Assembly (NCBI GenBank): GCA_951406725.2
Contig: OX597822.1
Coordinates: forward strand, 34,472,001-34,536,000
Direction of reading: 5' to 3'
DNA length: 64,000 nt
DNA from: Octopus vulgaris
Lineage: Eukaryota
A program made the position numbers and the translations under genes. The notes under the pieces are model-generated. The model did no database searches. It was not told where the DNA came from and was given only the letters and a program-made list of their open reading frames with translations. Below are positions 27,389 through 42,939 of the stretch, in pieces; position 1 is the first letter of the stretch, and each line of letters begins with the position of its first letter.

Positions 27389-29690
27389 CATATTTAATGT
27401 AATGTGATTCAAAAATCTGATTACAAATTCTAACGCGGTCAGGAAAATACGGTATCTGCTAAAATACTAATATTAATTTAATTACTTCTACAAATACGAG
27501 ACAACCCCGACTATATGTTAGAACTATTTAATCTCTTCAACGAACTATAGCCATCGTCGTAATTGCGGAAAGAATCATGTATTAATTACCAATTTATTGT
27601 GCAAAAACTTTACACGAGTTAGTACAAAAAATTAGTAAATATAATTTAGAAAATGGCTGAAGTTAATTATTTAGAGATGCAATCTACATGAAAACCAGCA
27701 AAATTAAACACTATACAAATTCAGCTGCTGCCTAAATTAAAAATGACTTGATATATGAATAACAGTATTTTCATTGTTTTGAAAGATCGCCGACCAAAAC
27801 ATTGGTGTCTCGCCTTCTGTAAACAGCTATCATCATGTTGCGTTCATGATTAATAAACATAAATTTCAGAAGAATTACTCTAAGAGAGCACCACTAACTG
27901 AATAATCCATTACTATGGGGCATGGCAACGCTGCAAATTAATCAGAAATTCGTTGTTTTGCAACGTTCAGGTTTCTCAAAGTTAAACTATCTACAGTAAC
28001 TAAATTGAATCCAACGACTTTATTGTTTCTTATCTGCTTAGAGTTATAGAAAACAGAAATAATTATTTTGTATCATTGTGACAAGTATAAATGTATTTGA
28101 GATACAACAAACATCTGGTTTGGGTGTCTGAAGCCATTTAATTTTATCGTCGTATGTATGGAAATCAAGAAATCCTGAAAAAGAATATTTTTCATTGCTA
28201 TATATATGATAAAATATTTTCAGTTAATAGAATAATAAAAAAAAAAGCCAGTTGACTTCATCATGCATACTTCTTTTCAAATGTTGGTTTTTATGCTTAG
28301 TCATAAATCTATCTTTCTGTGATGAGCTGCGCTACATCGGAAAAGTATGTTTTTTTTTTTCATGCGTCTAATCCAACACTAAAATTTGCGGTCAATACCA
28401 TTTCATTCATGTCCTACGTGGCTTTAGCACATGAAATTCCTTGTATTTCCCTGTGGTCTATAAAACAATCCACTTGCTTACGCCTAACATTAGTTACTAT
28501 AGGTATTTATTAGACTTATGAACTATAAAAAAAATTGAAAAAGAGCACACGATAGTGAAGCAAACAGTGATCGGTTAAGCTTTCGCCAGATAATAGTATC
28601 AACAACTTTTTCATTTCTACAACAGATAAAAACAAATTGAGGAACATTAAACTATGGAGCAATATATTTTTGGCATACAAAGTGAACCGGATAAGTATTT
28701 GGAAAACGACAAATCTCATTGAATGGCAGTATGTTTGAAAGAACAGTCTTCGACACGTTTCAGAATTATGGCATCATTCTTGGTAGGGGAAGGGATAGAA
28801 TTAGTATCGAGGAAAATTATGAGGGCATAAAATTGTGTGTATATATACACACACAGATACACACACACACACATATTTGGATGAAAAACTATAAACGGGC
28901 ATTCAAAAATCAAGAAAAATGGTAAACTGAGAATGTTTTGTTACCTTTTCCGAAGTACTGAAGCAAATTTGCAGAATCACCTTTCAGGAAGTGTAACAAT
29001 AATTATAGCAATTATAACAATAAACATAGCAAGGCAGCGAGCTGACAGAAACGTTAGCACGCCGGGCGAAATGATTTGCGGTATTTCGTCTGCCGTTACA
29101 TTCTGAGTTCAAATTCCGCCGAGGTCGACTTCGCCTTTCATCCTTTCGGGGTCGATAAAATTAAGTACGCGTTGTATACTGGGGTCGATGTAATCGACTG
29201 GCCCCCTCCTTAAAAATAGTTAGGTGAAAAACTTAAATTTATGTTGGAGCCAATATCTACTAACAGGAGTAAATTCTGCCGCAAATGCTAATTCACAACT
29301 CGTAAATATATTCATTTATTATCCAAAGTGATAACTCACTCAAAAATATTCTTTACTAAAGCATATCCTTTCTTCTACTAAAGCATTCCTCCATGAAAAT
29401 CCCTTTCTCACACTATCTCAGTCTATGAAATTATTGCAGTTTCCTTTAAAATGGAACATGCAACATCGAGCGTTTTTAGTTCATATCGTGTTAAATGATA
29501 ATGAAGAATATGACGAGATTTTGATTCATCACTGTTCACTGGAGATGTATATTCTAACGCCATCAGGAAATTTTTAAGAGCTGTACTTATTCTATCGACT
29601 TCTTTTGCAAAACCGGTCGTTAAGTGACGTAGAAATAAACAGAAAGACAGGCTGTTATATGTGTGCAAACATACATACATACATACATGC

Positions 29691-29769
<79 letters not shown>

Positions 29770-29773
<4 letters not shown>

Positions 29774-30115
29774 CATTCCGTCGCTTACGACGACAAGGGT
29801 TCCAGTTGATCCAATCAACCGAACAGCCGGCTCGTGAAATTAGCGTGGAAGTGACTGAGCACTCCACAGACAAGTGTACCCATTTCTTTACTACCCACAA
29901 GGGGCTAAACACAGAGGGGACAAACAAGGACAGACAAAAACGGATTAAGTCGATTATATCGACCCCAGCGCGTAACTGTTACTTAATTTATCGACTCTGA
30001 AAGGATGAAAGGCAAAGTCGACCTTGGCAGAATTTGAACTCAGAACGTAGCGGCAGACGAAATATTCCGGTAAGCATTTCGCCTGGCATGCTAACGTTTC
30101 TGCCAGATCGCCAAA
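29770..30115 (-). mobile_element. SINE family A joined to the 3' part of SINE family D
   Basis: 29770-29880 is homologous to 42945-43050; 29882-30115 is family A. Confidence 0.7.
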
Positions 30116-30727
30116 GGACCATCTGAACCACACACACATACTTACGCCCACTTTTTCATTTACGTTTACTTCTAATCAAGTTCTTGTTGTTAATCTCAGT
30201 TAGCTCCAGATCAACCTGATTTACAAGATCAATGTCTGATCAACAGTCTTCTAGTCGTGATCATTAAATATGTTCGCATTTCGTAAACAAGCACGCTTTA
30301 CTCATTGTGTCCATCATTCCTCTAAGGCTGCCTGATTTCAAGGAGATTTAGTTCATGTTTTTAAACACAGCACCTCTGAACCATAGAGAAGATAGCGAAT
30401 GTAGAATAAAATAAGTGCTAAGGACGTGATGTGAGCAATCGACCCGGTCGCTGTTGACCCTAAGAGTTTTACAATAGCATGGCAACATTGTCTCATTAAT
30501 AACAGTAATACTTCATTCATATGCAAATTGTTTCTATTATCGTTGACAGCGATGCGTATTGTGTAAACAAGGTTGATGACACTGAGTTTGTGTGATATAT
30601 CATCAGTAAAAGCGACATATCTCTTATAAATCGCATGTCACTATATTGCAATGGATAAGTATGTATAATGGGAACAATAAATAGTATCATGTATACGCAT
30701 ACACATACGCATATATGTGTGTGTGTT

Positions 30728-30810
<83 letters not shown>

Positions 30811-30829
30811 GTGTGTATATATATATATA

Positions 30830-31228
30830 AGGCGGCGAGCTGGCAGAAACGTTAGCAAGCCGGGCGAAATGCTTAGTGGTATTTCGACTGCCGTTACGTT
30901 CCGAGTTCAAATTCCACCGAGGTCGACTTTGCCTTTCATCCTTTCGGGGTCGATTAAATAAGTACCAGTTACGCACTGGAGTCGGTATAATCGACTTAAT
31001 CCGTTTGTCTGTCTTTGTTTAGTCCCTTGTGGGTAGTAAAGAAATAGGTATTTTCGTTTGACATTACGTTCTGAGTTCAAATTCCGCCGAGGTCGACTTT
31101 GCCTTTCATCCTTTTGGGGTCGATAAATAAAGTAACAGTTACGCACTGGGGTCGATGTAATCGACTTAAACCGTTTGTCTGTTCATGTTTGTCCCCTTTA
31201 TGTTTAGCCCCTTGTGTTCAATAAAGAC
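30830..31228 (+). mobile_element. SINE family A dimer
   Basis: Head plus two core/tail modules. Confidence 0.85.
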
Positions 31229-32184
31229 ATATCTATATATACGTGTGGGTGTTTGCATGCATGCATTTATATATGCAAACGTTTATATATTCAAAAATAG
31301 ATACGAATGAGAGTGTATATGTGTGAATGCGTGTGAACATATATGATCTTGTACGCGTATGTATGTGTTGAAATATTTATATGTCTATACATATGTTTTG
31401 GTACGAATGTGTGTATACATATTCACAGATATACATTCTTTTTTTCTTTCTTACTCATCACTAACCTATCACACATGTCTATTTATACCAACTCGACTTA
31501 TAATCTTCATTCTTTATATTCATCATTCCACGTGAATTTTTACTACCAAAACTAATACCCACTTACACATCCTCCTACTCTTACATTCACTCTACCTTTT
31601 CTATACCCATCCCTTAAAGCACCTCTATCACACCACCCTGCTCATATACCTCACACTCTTTTACTCCTTACCCTCTCATCTCTTCCTCTCTTTCTTCCTC
31701 ACTTCTCCCTTCTTTCTATCACTTTATCCCGAATCGCTAGATAACACATCCTCTCTCATTTCATTTCGTTCCCTCTTTCTTCATTTCTTTTTTGTCTCCC
31801 TCCCTTTTTACTTTTTCTTCCCATTCTCTTCCCCTTTTTGATTTGCCCTATCTCCTGTCTCTAATCATACACATCTCTCCTCCATCCATCTAACCATTAA
31901 TATTACAAAGACATTCCCAAATTTTAATTCACACCAATATATCCTCTCGATCGAACATCATTGTTTACAAGGCTCTATGCTTGGAATGACCAAATATAAC
32001 TACCACTGGAACTCTCACGCAGGTACAGGACACTTCTTCACCCCTTATATACACCATTCTCTTTGAACAACGGAACTGCAAATAAAATATGCTTATGTAC
32101 CTCATTTCTATATTTATTCTCTTACTTCCCTCTTTTCTTCATATCTTCTCTGCCAAAATTAATACTCGAACATTTTCTCGCACC

Positions 32185-32233
32185 GTCTCTAAGGAAGGGA
32201 TATATGAAATATCCCGGAAACAGCTGTAAGGTC
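32185..32233 (+). ncRNA. Hammerhead relic (G5A core mutation)
   Basis: GUCU CUAAGGA AGGGAUAU-AUGAA-AUAUCCCG GAAAC AGCU GUA^AGGU. Confidence 0.55.
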
Positions 32234-32464
32234 TTTTTTATAAATGTTCTGAAAGCTATTTACGGCCTTGGATGTTTTTTTAATCTCATTCTGTCAATTT
32301 ATATATATGCATGCTAATACATGATCCAAGTTGAACTACTCATTCGCATCATTATCGAACTTGGAGCTTAACCATGGCCTATCCATAGCACTTACTTAAC
32401 GTTACCTGACACCTTTTGGGTCTCCTTGACACCAATAACTCCCACACCCTCGATATATATGTAC

Positions 32465-32507
<43 letters not shown>

Positions 32508-32862
32508 CATATACATATGTATATTGTGCGTATATGTATATCTATATACATATAAGCACAAATAAATACATACCCGCGTCATGACACAAACACGCGCTCA
32601 CATTTATAATTACAGGCTACGACAAACATAAACACTTGTTTGTGAGCTTGTGCGTAGGTGTTTGCAAGCATAATAATACATACACGTCGATAAACACATA
32701 CACACGCTCAAATTCGCACACAAGGACATATACATACGTATATTTTACAACACAAGCTTAAGTTTATATTTTACACATGCGCGAGCGCTGACACACACAC
32801 GCACACACACACATACATACACACACAATACACATATCACACACATCTTCCACATTGCAATA

Positions 32863-34147
32863 CAAGGGTGGGTTGAAAAATTCAAAGGCCGACTTTGAAG
32901 GAATGATGCTAAAGCTGCGAAATTTTTCACGCATTAATTGCAACACTTATTAATAACTGTAATGTGTCTTTTTAGATAACTGACATCTGACCGTTCAAAG
33001 AACACTTCAGAAGTAACTAGTAGCTACTTGTCTTGAAAATGGACAGAATTTGGTATTATGGTGTTATTAAGTAACTGCAGAAAAAGGGTTACCCCTCAAG
33101 GACATTCATGATGACGTGCTTACCACATCAAGAGATGACACTCCAGTTTTATCAACAGTGCAAAAGTGGGCTACTGAATTTAAGAGGGGAAGGGAGAGTC
33201 TTGAAAATGACCCAGGATCTAGACATCCTACAACTGCCACCACCGAGGAAAATATTCAGCATTTTCACCTCATGTTGATGGATGATATGCGATTGACTAT
33301 AAATTTGAATGGCCAATGCTGTTAGCATTTCCCCTAAGGGAGTTGAGAATATTCTGCACGATGAAATTGGCCTGACAAAGGTTTCCCGCTCGGTGAGATC
33401 CACATCTTTTGACACCTACTCAGAAGTGCATCGGGTTGATTACATCACGGGATAATCTGACACTGTTTGGAGTCGGATCCAGCTGGTTTCCTTGAACGTT
33501 TCCTAACCGAGGTTGAGTGTTGGCTTCATCACTTTGAGCCAGATACAACGCTACAATCCATGCAGTGGAAGCATTGCACCTCATCTGCTCCAAAGAAAGC
33601 CAAGGTTATTTCGTCTGCAGAGAAGGTGATAGCCTCAAATTTTTAGGATGCAAAAGGCATTGCATTTGCTGACAATCTTCAAAAGGGCCACATCATTAAT
33701 GGAGAGTCTTATGCCAACTTGCTGAGGCAGTTACGAAAAGCTATCTACAGTAAACGCTCAGGAAAACCTACAGAATGAGTCTTGTTTTATCAGGACAATG
33801 CTCTGGCACACAAGTCCTTGGTAACAATGGCTTCTATGCATGGCTGTGACTTTGAACTGGATGATCATCCTTCATGTCATCCTGATGTTTTCCATCTGAC
33901 TGTCATTTTTGACGAAATCCACTTGGCTGGGAAGCGGTATCGTAGAGATGATGACGTTATATCTATCGTTGATGGCTGTTTTGTCCAACAGAATGAAAGC
34001 TTCGTCACCAGCGGGGTAAAAGCAGTGGAATACCGATGGAACAAGTGTATGGACCGCAAGGGACACTATACTGAAAAATAAACCTCATTTGGGTCACATT
34101 GCATGAGAATATTTTGGTCAGCCTATGAATTTTTCACTCCACCCTCG
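32863..34147 (+). mobile_element. Full-length but decayed mariner transposon
   Basis: TA|caagggtgggttgaaaaattca...tgaatttttcactccaccctcg|TA TIRs with TA TSD. Broken transposase at 33039-34081 includes KWATEFKRGRESLEND, WLHHFEP and FYQDNALAH. Confidence 0.92.
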
Positions 34148-34163
34148 TATATCTGTCTGTCTA

Positions 34164-34290
<127 letters not shown>

Positions 34291-34688
34291 GTCTGTCAAG
34301 GAATTTCTATCGTTATAATTTTTTGTAGAAATGGCTAGGAATATGAAAAAACCATTTTGACATTAGTATCAACTTATGTATAGTTATAAATATTAGCTCG
34401 CGCAGCCATCAACATTTTGCTATTGCAGAAAGTTTTTAAATCAGTATCCTATTTTTTATAATGTTATCTACTTCGAGGTCCACTGTTAAAATTATTTATT
34501 ACATAGATACATACTTATATACACATGTGTGTGTTTGTACATATAATCATATGTATGTATCATATACATTATACATTATTATATATATGGATACACATGC
34601 GCCTGTATATACATAAATACATATGTCTGTACTTAAATATATAAACACATACACGCACACACACGCACATACGCACACACACGCATAT

Positions 34689-34720
<32 letters not shown>

Positions 34721-36400
34721 TTACATATAACATAATTATAGAACAACTTTAGCGATGGTTAAACATAAAAATATATAAAAATGGCATGAGATGTTGAAAT
34801 CTTTGGCGAATGGTGAGCAAATATAAATTATGAATATGGCTGTAGAAAGGACCGGGATTTTTATTCTATTTTTCTGTTTCTTTACATTTCATCAATAATA
34901 AATTCTACCTCCATACATTTAGGTAAACACACCATACACATAGACATGAGTAAATGCATAGTAACATAGGCATTACAACAAGTCATGATCATCCGGAAGG
35001 TACAAAGGAAGTGTGAACACTAGACGAATGCTAATACACTGCTGTGCAGCGGACGTCGAGACATTATTCAATGCTAAATAGAAAAGAAAATATCTATGGC
35101 AGATGTGACAAGCGAAAGGTAATTTAAGATATGTACGTATCTCTGATTACGTAACTAAGTCTGTACACCAATCGTAATGACCTCGCCTTCATAATATCAG
35201 AAACAACGCAGCCAATGAGAAAATTAAAATTGAAAACCATTAAAAGAACTGTAAAAATTGTAAAACTTTCCAGAAGTTTTGTCTCTGCGATGTACATAAG
35301 CATAAGAATAAATTTGGAAACATATGTGTGTATATTTATATCGTTGTGTTAAAACTATAGATCACAGACATACAATGACATGCAAGTATGTATGCAGGCA
35401 CACATATATGTATAGTTGCAAGCATACAAACACACACATACATACAAACATAGAAATATAAATACATGCATACACGCATATATATTGGACGCCATTTTTA
35501 ATGATGCCAGAATCTATAACATTGGCATAGGAAACTATTTATCAGTTTGTATAATGAATATTATCATCTAAATGTTTGAGATTAATGCAATGGTTGTCGT
35601 CATTGGACAAATGCAAAGAATCACCTATTTAAATAAGAACCTAAAATTAAAATTAAACTGTTATCGGACGTTTGTATTGCTACGATATAAGCCATAGCAA
35701 GGCAGGAACCAGGGGTTATCTAACGCACGACCTGTAAAGTTTTCAACTGAAGTAAACGTGTAGCTATTCTACAAAAATGCTTGGAAAACCCCCTTACTCG
35801 ACTATATGAAGAAGATTCTAGATATCCTAATAATTTATTTTAGCGTAAAGTATCTATGTAGGTAAGCATTGTCCATTGAGAAGTAATATGCTGTTCTACA
35901 CCACAAAACAAACAATCAAAAATTCAGAGTAAATAACAGTATCAACAGTCCATTAGATTTTACCCCGACAAAATTGCTGAAAATATGAACCACGAGTAAA
36001 CGATCGTGATTGACCGCAGTAGCCACTTACGAACAAACAGAATTGGAGTGACGATGCAAAGACTTCGACATAGACTGCTTGCATTATTTCAGTCACTGAC
36101 ATGAGATATCATCAATTTATCAACGTGATGTTATCAATGATCGATCGATGATGGGTTACAAAACTTTTAACGAAAATTGAATTCCAAAATTTTGTACATT
36201 GAATTACAGTATTGCGTTGCAACTACTGTTACCCCAACAAATGAGCGTAACTGGAATTGATTAAATTGATAAAAGACAAGGACAAACGATGACCTTTCAT
36301 CAAAATAAACAAACACAGACCACACAAAACATCTGATAATTAGATGCTAAGTCCATTATGAATTTGTGACCGAGGATCTCTACAGTATGATTATAAACTA

Positions 36401-36820
36401 AGGCGGCGAGCTGGCAGAAACGTTAGCACGCCGGGCGTAATGCTAAGCGGTATTTCGTCTGTTTTTACATCCTGAGTTCAAATTCCGCCGAGGTCGACTT
36501 TGTCCTTCATCCTTCCGGGGTCGATTAAATAAGTACCTATTTCTTTACTTTAAATAAGTACCAGTTACGCACTGGGTTCGATATAATCGGCTTAATCCAT
36601 TTGTCTGTCCTTGTTTTTCCTCTCTGTGTTTAGCCCCTTGTGGGTAGTAAAGAAATGGGTATTTCGTCTGTCTTTACGTTCTGAGTTCAAATTCCGCTGA
36701 GGTCGACTTTGCCTTTCATCCTTTCAGGGTCAATAAGTACCATTTGCGTACTGGGGTCGGTTTAATCGACTGGTCCCCTCCCCCAAACTTTCGGGCCTTG
36801 TTCCTAGAGTAGAAAAGAGT
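36401..36820 (+). mobile_element. SINE family A dimer with TSD attataaactaa
   Basis: Head, two cores and an alternative tail; TSD visible. Confidence 0.85.
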
Positions 36821-37909
36821 ATTATTATAAACTAAAATTTAAGGAACAGTAGACAAGAGACTCTGTCAGCTAAACTAACTGCCTTAACTATGAGCTACGA
36901 ATAGTAGATGAAAAGCTATTAATAGCAAAGGAAATGACACCACATTCTGTGTATCAATCTTAAGTTCTACCGGAAAACGATAATTGTATATTGTAAATTA
37001 TCTTTCCCGGAATGATGTGGAGAATTTTTGGAGGTGGGAAAATTAGAAGGGAAGAATGAAATCCAACCGTCATGCAGTGGGATCAAACATGCTACAAAAA
37101 GAATAATTTATAAAAAATCCCTCCTAAAATATACGTCTCCAGTGAAGACTTTTGAGAGTTTTTGCAAAAGATAACTAATGGAAAAACTGGTAGTCAAATA
37201 GTGAAATAGAAAGCTCCCATTCTACAAGAAAGTTTTCGTCAAACTCTTCAGAAAACATATAGCCCCAGAACTGATTGTACAAGACTACTTCTTGCGCGAA
37301 CGAGACCACTTGCGCTTAAGAATCAAGGGATATATGTGGCCAAACTATGACTGGGTTTATAACATGTTTAAGTATTGTATATAAATTGTAGACAGGGGTG
37401 CACGAATATGCTTGTTTTTACAGATTAACTAGAAAACATCTGATGTAGTGACCGACGAACAGTCAAAATGAAAGCAGAGACTATACTGCTGTGTGAAGCA
37501 ACTATTTATCAAAAGCACATTATTGGACACCGAGTGACACCTTAAGCAAATGTATTTTCCTGCAGTTTACTTTTGTACATTGCCTTGCGTGTGGAATTTA
37601 GTGGGCAGAAGCTGCGCTGAAGCTCGTCGTAAACATACATATATAAATACATGCATACATTCATAATATATAGATACATACATACACATGTATATATGTA
37701 TGTATCCATTTTTGTGTGCGTGTGTGTATACGTACACACATATATAATGCACACAGTGTTTAAATAAGTGCTAGTAATAATTTCATGTCATGAAAGCACG
37801 GTAACCGAGAAGATTTATATAATGTGCCTTGTGTCTTGTTTCTCAGACAAATCTTTCAGGTACAGTGCAACGATTAATATGCAATTATCTCTCCTCATAT
37901 ATATATATA

Positions 37910-37953
<44 letters not shown>

Positions 37954-37958
37954 CATAC

Positions 37959-37992
<34 letters not shown>

Positions 37993-37998
37993 ATGCAT

Positions 37999-38047
<49 letters not shown>

Positions 38048-38110
38048 TATACATATACATATATATATATTTATATATATACATATATATATATGCATAT
38101 ACATACATAC

Positions 38111-38141
<31 letters not shown>

Positions 38142-38329
38142 TATATATATATTTATATATATATATGCATATACATACATATATATATATATTTATATAT
38201 ATATATATATGCATATACATACATACCTATATATATATATATATATATATATGCATATACATACATACATACATACATACATACATGAATATATATATAT
38301 ATATATATGCATATACATACATACATACA

Positions 38330-38372
<43 letters not shown>

Positions 38373-38374
38373 TA

Positions 38375-38660
38375 CATCACCGTGATCACCATGACCGACC
38401 AGGCTATAAGATGTTGCTGCATATCGCCGGTCACAATGCGCTTTGAATTGTTTTAGCCTTCAAATGACGCCACCCGGCTGGCTAAACGAGCAGGCCAACA
38501 GAAGAAAGACTGAGAGAAAGTTGTGGCGAAAGAGTACAGCCGGAGCCTTGTGGAACTTTAGGTGTTTTCACCCAATAAACACTCACAACGCCCGGTCTGG
38601 GAATCGAAACGCGATCCTACCACCGCGAGTCCGCTGCCCTAACCACTGGGCCATTGCGCC
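38375..38660 (-). mobile_element. tRNA-derived SINE family C
   Basis: ggcgcaatggcccagtggttagggcagcggactcgcgg...gtttcgattccc head. Confidence 0.75.
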
Positions 38661-38986
38661 TCGTAATAATCTTCATATATTTTCTTTGTAAGAAGTTCGA
38701 CCAGTTTTTTTCAGTCCCTTTGGCTTCGAGTATATTTCAAAAGTTGTCTATTTACTTTCTTATACTTATGATCTTAGCCCTCAAATTCTACAATTCTTAC
38801 TACAGTAGCTTACCCCGTGCAGTCAAAACTGACGGCTAATTGTAGTATTTTATATATAAATAAGTTACAAATTAAGGTACGTAATAATTACAGATACAAA
38901 CATTCAAATGCTTCCCTTGCACATGCACTCATATACTCACACAAAGTTGAAACAGCATTTCACCATTTCATTTCCATTGCACCGCG

Positions 38987-39038
<52 letters not shown>

Positions 39039-39434
39039 CACACACACACACCTTTATCATTCACATGTTGTGACTGAGAAAAAAAGAAGATACACGACGC
39101 TCTCTTTGCCACTTCCTCTCTCTCTCATTGCTATTACTTTCTCTCACTCCCTCTCAGTCTGGGCTATTTCTCTCACTACTTCTCCTTCACTGAATTACTA
39201 TTTTCTCTCTTTTCCCTTCACTTACACTACTCTGCGTGGTTTTGGACAAATATATATATATATATATACGTTATTTTAATTTTCATCTAGGTTCAGCCCA
39301 CGAGCTGTGGCCATGCTGGGGCACACACACACACACACACATGTATATATATATATATATATATACGTGTATACATATACCGGAGTAAACACATAAATGG
39401 TGGAAAAAAGAGTAATCAAATACCAGAGGTAGAG

Positions 39435-39483
<49 letters not shown>

Positions 39484-39915
39484 AATATATGAAAATACTA
39501 CGCTCATTATTATATTAGGAGATTCCTCACATGCTTTTGTATTTCATCTCTCCCTATTCATTCTCATCATAATTACCACTTTTTACCCTTCCAATAAAAA
39601 TCTCCCTCGCTTTCGTTTCATACCCCAAATTTCACCAACGTACATTTCGATATCATCAACAAATTTTTCTGTCTTTCAGTCTCTGTCACTTTCTCTATAA
39701 ATGACTTACTTTCTGTTACCTCTCTAATTTCCACTGTCGATTGTAGAGTAATATCTCTTCTTTTACTTGCACTAAACCATCTTATCTCATTCTTGCTTCC
39801 ATCCATACCAATATTTCACTCTGTCACCATCTGTCGACTGACCGAATATTTCACTTCGTAGCAGAGAATTGATTATTTCTCTTCCTACTTAGTGAGAAAT
39901 AGAGACATAGAGATT

Positions 39916-40015
<100 letters not shown>

Positions 40016-40177
40016 TATAAGATAGATATGTTTCTTTATTAGCCACACAGGGCTGCACATAGACGAGACAAATTACAAGGTAGAGCTTTTCTTTTGGGGA
40101 TAAGAAAAGGTGGGGGTTGGTTTTCGATCAAAAGGGATCGTAAAAGGATAGATAGATAGATAGACAGACAAACAGAC

Positions 40178-40285
<108 letters not shown>

Positions 40286-40517
40286 GAGAGAGAGAGAGAG
40301 CGAGGGAGAGAAAGAAAGGGAGAGATGGAAAGAAAGAATTAGATGTTTATTATTTTGTTTTTCTTTGTTTTATTATTATGGATGTCCGTAGCTAGTAGGC
40401 GCAAGCTTATGGGCGTGATAAAAGCAAATCACAATAAATCAAATGAAAGTGAGAATAAAAAGCAAAACAACAACAACAACAACAACAACTTATTGACTAA
40501 AGACTGAAATGACTTAC

Positions 40518-40719
40518 CGTGAAACTGTCTCGATGTTTTAACAATAGTCTTTAAAATGAGCAGGTAGGATGTAACCATTATTATGAGCGGGATAACAAAC
40601 AGCAGAATCAGTGACGATGCCGAATAGAGTTGCTTTTGCCAAAGTGCATTATAACTATCGCGGCACTGGTGAAACATTCCTTGTCTGAACATTTTTCGCT
40701 GTTCTTGGAAAATAACAGC
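40518..40719 (-). CDS. GnRHR: oct-GnRH (corazonin-type) receptor, internal exon encoding ECL2-TM5-ICL3 start
   Basis: Acceptor ttttaatccag|GCT and donor CACG|gtaagt; 202 bp, phase 0 to phase 1. Encodes AVIFQEQRKMFRQGMFHQCRDSYNALWQKQLYSASSLILLFVIPLIIMVTSYLLILKTIVKTSRQFH, which matches my recollection of Octopus GnRHR. Splices in frame to the exon starting at 22292. Confidence 0.93.
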
Positions 40720-41274
40720 CTGGATTAAAAGGTTGTAAAAGAAAGCAAAACAAATGTATTAATACACAAGCGAGTATGAAATAGTTTGATACTTAACGAC
40801 AAAAGAGAACAAAAAAAAAATTATGTATAAATTTTGAGTATTAAGTGGTTTCATACTTAACAATCCATTTCATTCATATGCTGTAATGTCCAGCCCGTTG
40901 ATTGATGCTTCGATTTATTGATCCATCCATCAATGAATCTATCATTTTATCCATTCGGCTTAATTGTATGTGTGCATTCACGTAAATTTTTGTCTGTGTA
41001 CGTGCCTTTATATGGATAGCATCTCTGTCTGTCTGTCTGTCTCTCTCTCTTTCTGTCTGTCTGTCTGTCTGTCTCTCTTTCTGTCTGTCTGTCTCTCTCT
41101 TTCTGTCTGTCTGTCTGTCTCTCTCTCTCTTTCTGTCTGTCTGTCTGTCTCTCTCTCCATTTCTGTCTGTCTGTCTCTCTCTCTGTCTCTCTTTCCTTTT
41201 ACATATCCCTCTATTTCTCTCTCTATCTATCAATTAACCTGGCTATCTGCCTTTCTCTCTGCCTACCTCCCAAC

Positions 41275-41370
<96 letters not shown>

Positions 41371-41950
41371 ATATATATATATCTGGTTATCTATCTATCT
41401 ATATATATATCTGGTTATCTATCATGCTTAGTAGCTAGCTATCTACACTACCTCTTTACCTCTCGTTAAACCACATAATTTACGAAGTCACGGAAAATCG
41501 AAATTGCTAGTTTGATAAATGGATAAACACACACATACACAAAAATAAAGATAAGCTAAAGCAAAAATGAATAATAGTTATATAAAAAAAAGTAGATTGA
41601 TAAAGAGAGATAGTCAACATAGTGGCATATGCAAATAAATAAACTGTTGGTATTTGGACCAATCGTCTATTAGCATGTTTGTCAAGCCAGTCCGTTTCAA
41701 ACAGTATCGTTAACAATTTCGACCTCAGGTTTAATGGAATAGATGAGAAAATGTATCCTGGATTGTAGGTTATTGCATATTTTCCTAAATATGTTAAATG
41801 AAATACTTAAAATTACCATACAGGGAGACAACAGAATATCAAGGATGAAACGGGAAACCACATATTATACTGAAGTAATGAAGTATGCCTTCAGAGAGGA
41901 ACTGATTGCCGTTTTGTATACTCAGCAACTATCTTTCAGCAAAACAATTA

Positions 41951-42553
41951 AAACAAGAGCACTCAGAGAGCGCAAACCTCCGCCTTGCCTACGCCAACGT
42001 CCTCTCAACGATTACCCGGAGAAGATTTTTAAAATGAGAATATCTGAAATATACTCGACCGCTCTCACAAACAAGAATGCTAAAAACGAACCGCTCTAAA
42101 AGATTAAATAAAATAAACCGGGAAATTAATTCAGAATACTTGTATGGTACTTGATCGATCCCAATGGTAGTCATGGAATGTGAAGATGGCTGTAGAAAAT
42201 TTAGTAACAGTAATAAATAGTTTATCCTTATCTAATACGAGCCAAAGTTTACAAATTCATCGTTCAAAATAGTTACAGCCTAAAGGGAGATAAATGAGAA
42301 AAACTTGAAAGTTAACGTTAGATCGTAATCAAGTAAAGTAGATATAACAAATAATCCAGAGTTCTTGTCCAGTACTGGATCGATCCCCAAATCTAATCTA
42401 TTCGTGCCAATCACGATGCCAAACATCCCAGAAAGTTTTAGCAAAATCCAGCCTGCGGTTCTTGAGACATCTTGTCCATGGACAAAAATTTAAAAAAAAG
42501 GAAAAAAAACACGACTGAAAACAATGTCTCTGCCTTCGCTAAGGCGGGGGTAA
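41951..42553 (+). mobile_element. Non-autonomous Helentron (HINE/DINE-1-like)
   Basis: 5' aacaagagcactcagagagcgcaaacctccgcc; 3' hairpin ctgcctt-cgct-aaggcgggggtaa complementary to the 5' subterminal acctccgcc. Confidence 0.6.
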
Positions 42554-42939
42554 TAAAGAAAATTTAAACAGTAATCTAAATACAAGCATGGATGTATCTT
42601 TAAAAACTTTATTTCGCTACATGGACGATCAACGTTCAATCTCATTGCGCGTCATCTTAGCAAAGTACCTGCAACTATAGTGTAAAGTGATTTCATATGT
42701 ACACGCATAAATATATATATATATATATATACATATAAATGCATGTGTGTGTGTGTGTCTGCATGACTTTATGTGTGTGTGTGCGCGCACGCGTGTGCGT
42801 GTGTGTGGCCGATGTTGCCGAATAAATCCAAAAATCTGATGTTTTACGTATGACGTCTCTTGAAATACATGTTCTGCTTCGTGTTACGGTCCTAAAACTA
42901 ATTTGAAGAAATGAGCATGTATGGATGTTTGTATGCATA

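Noticed and set aside
38590-38660. tRNA-like sequence
   Set aside because: It is a SINE head with no complete cloverleaf or acceptor stem.
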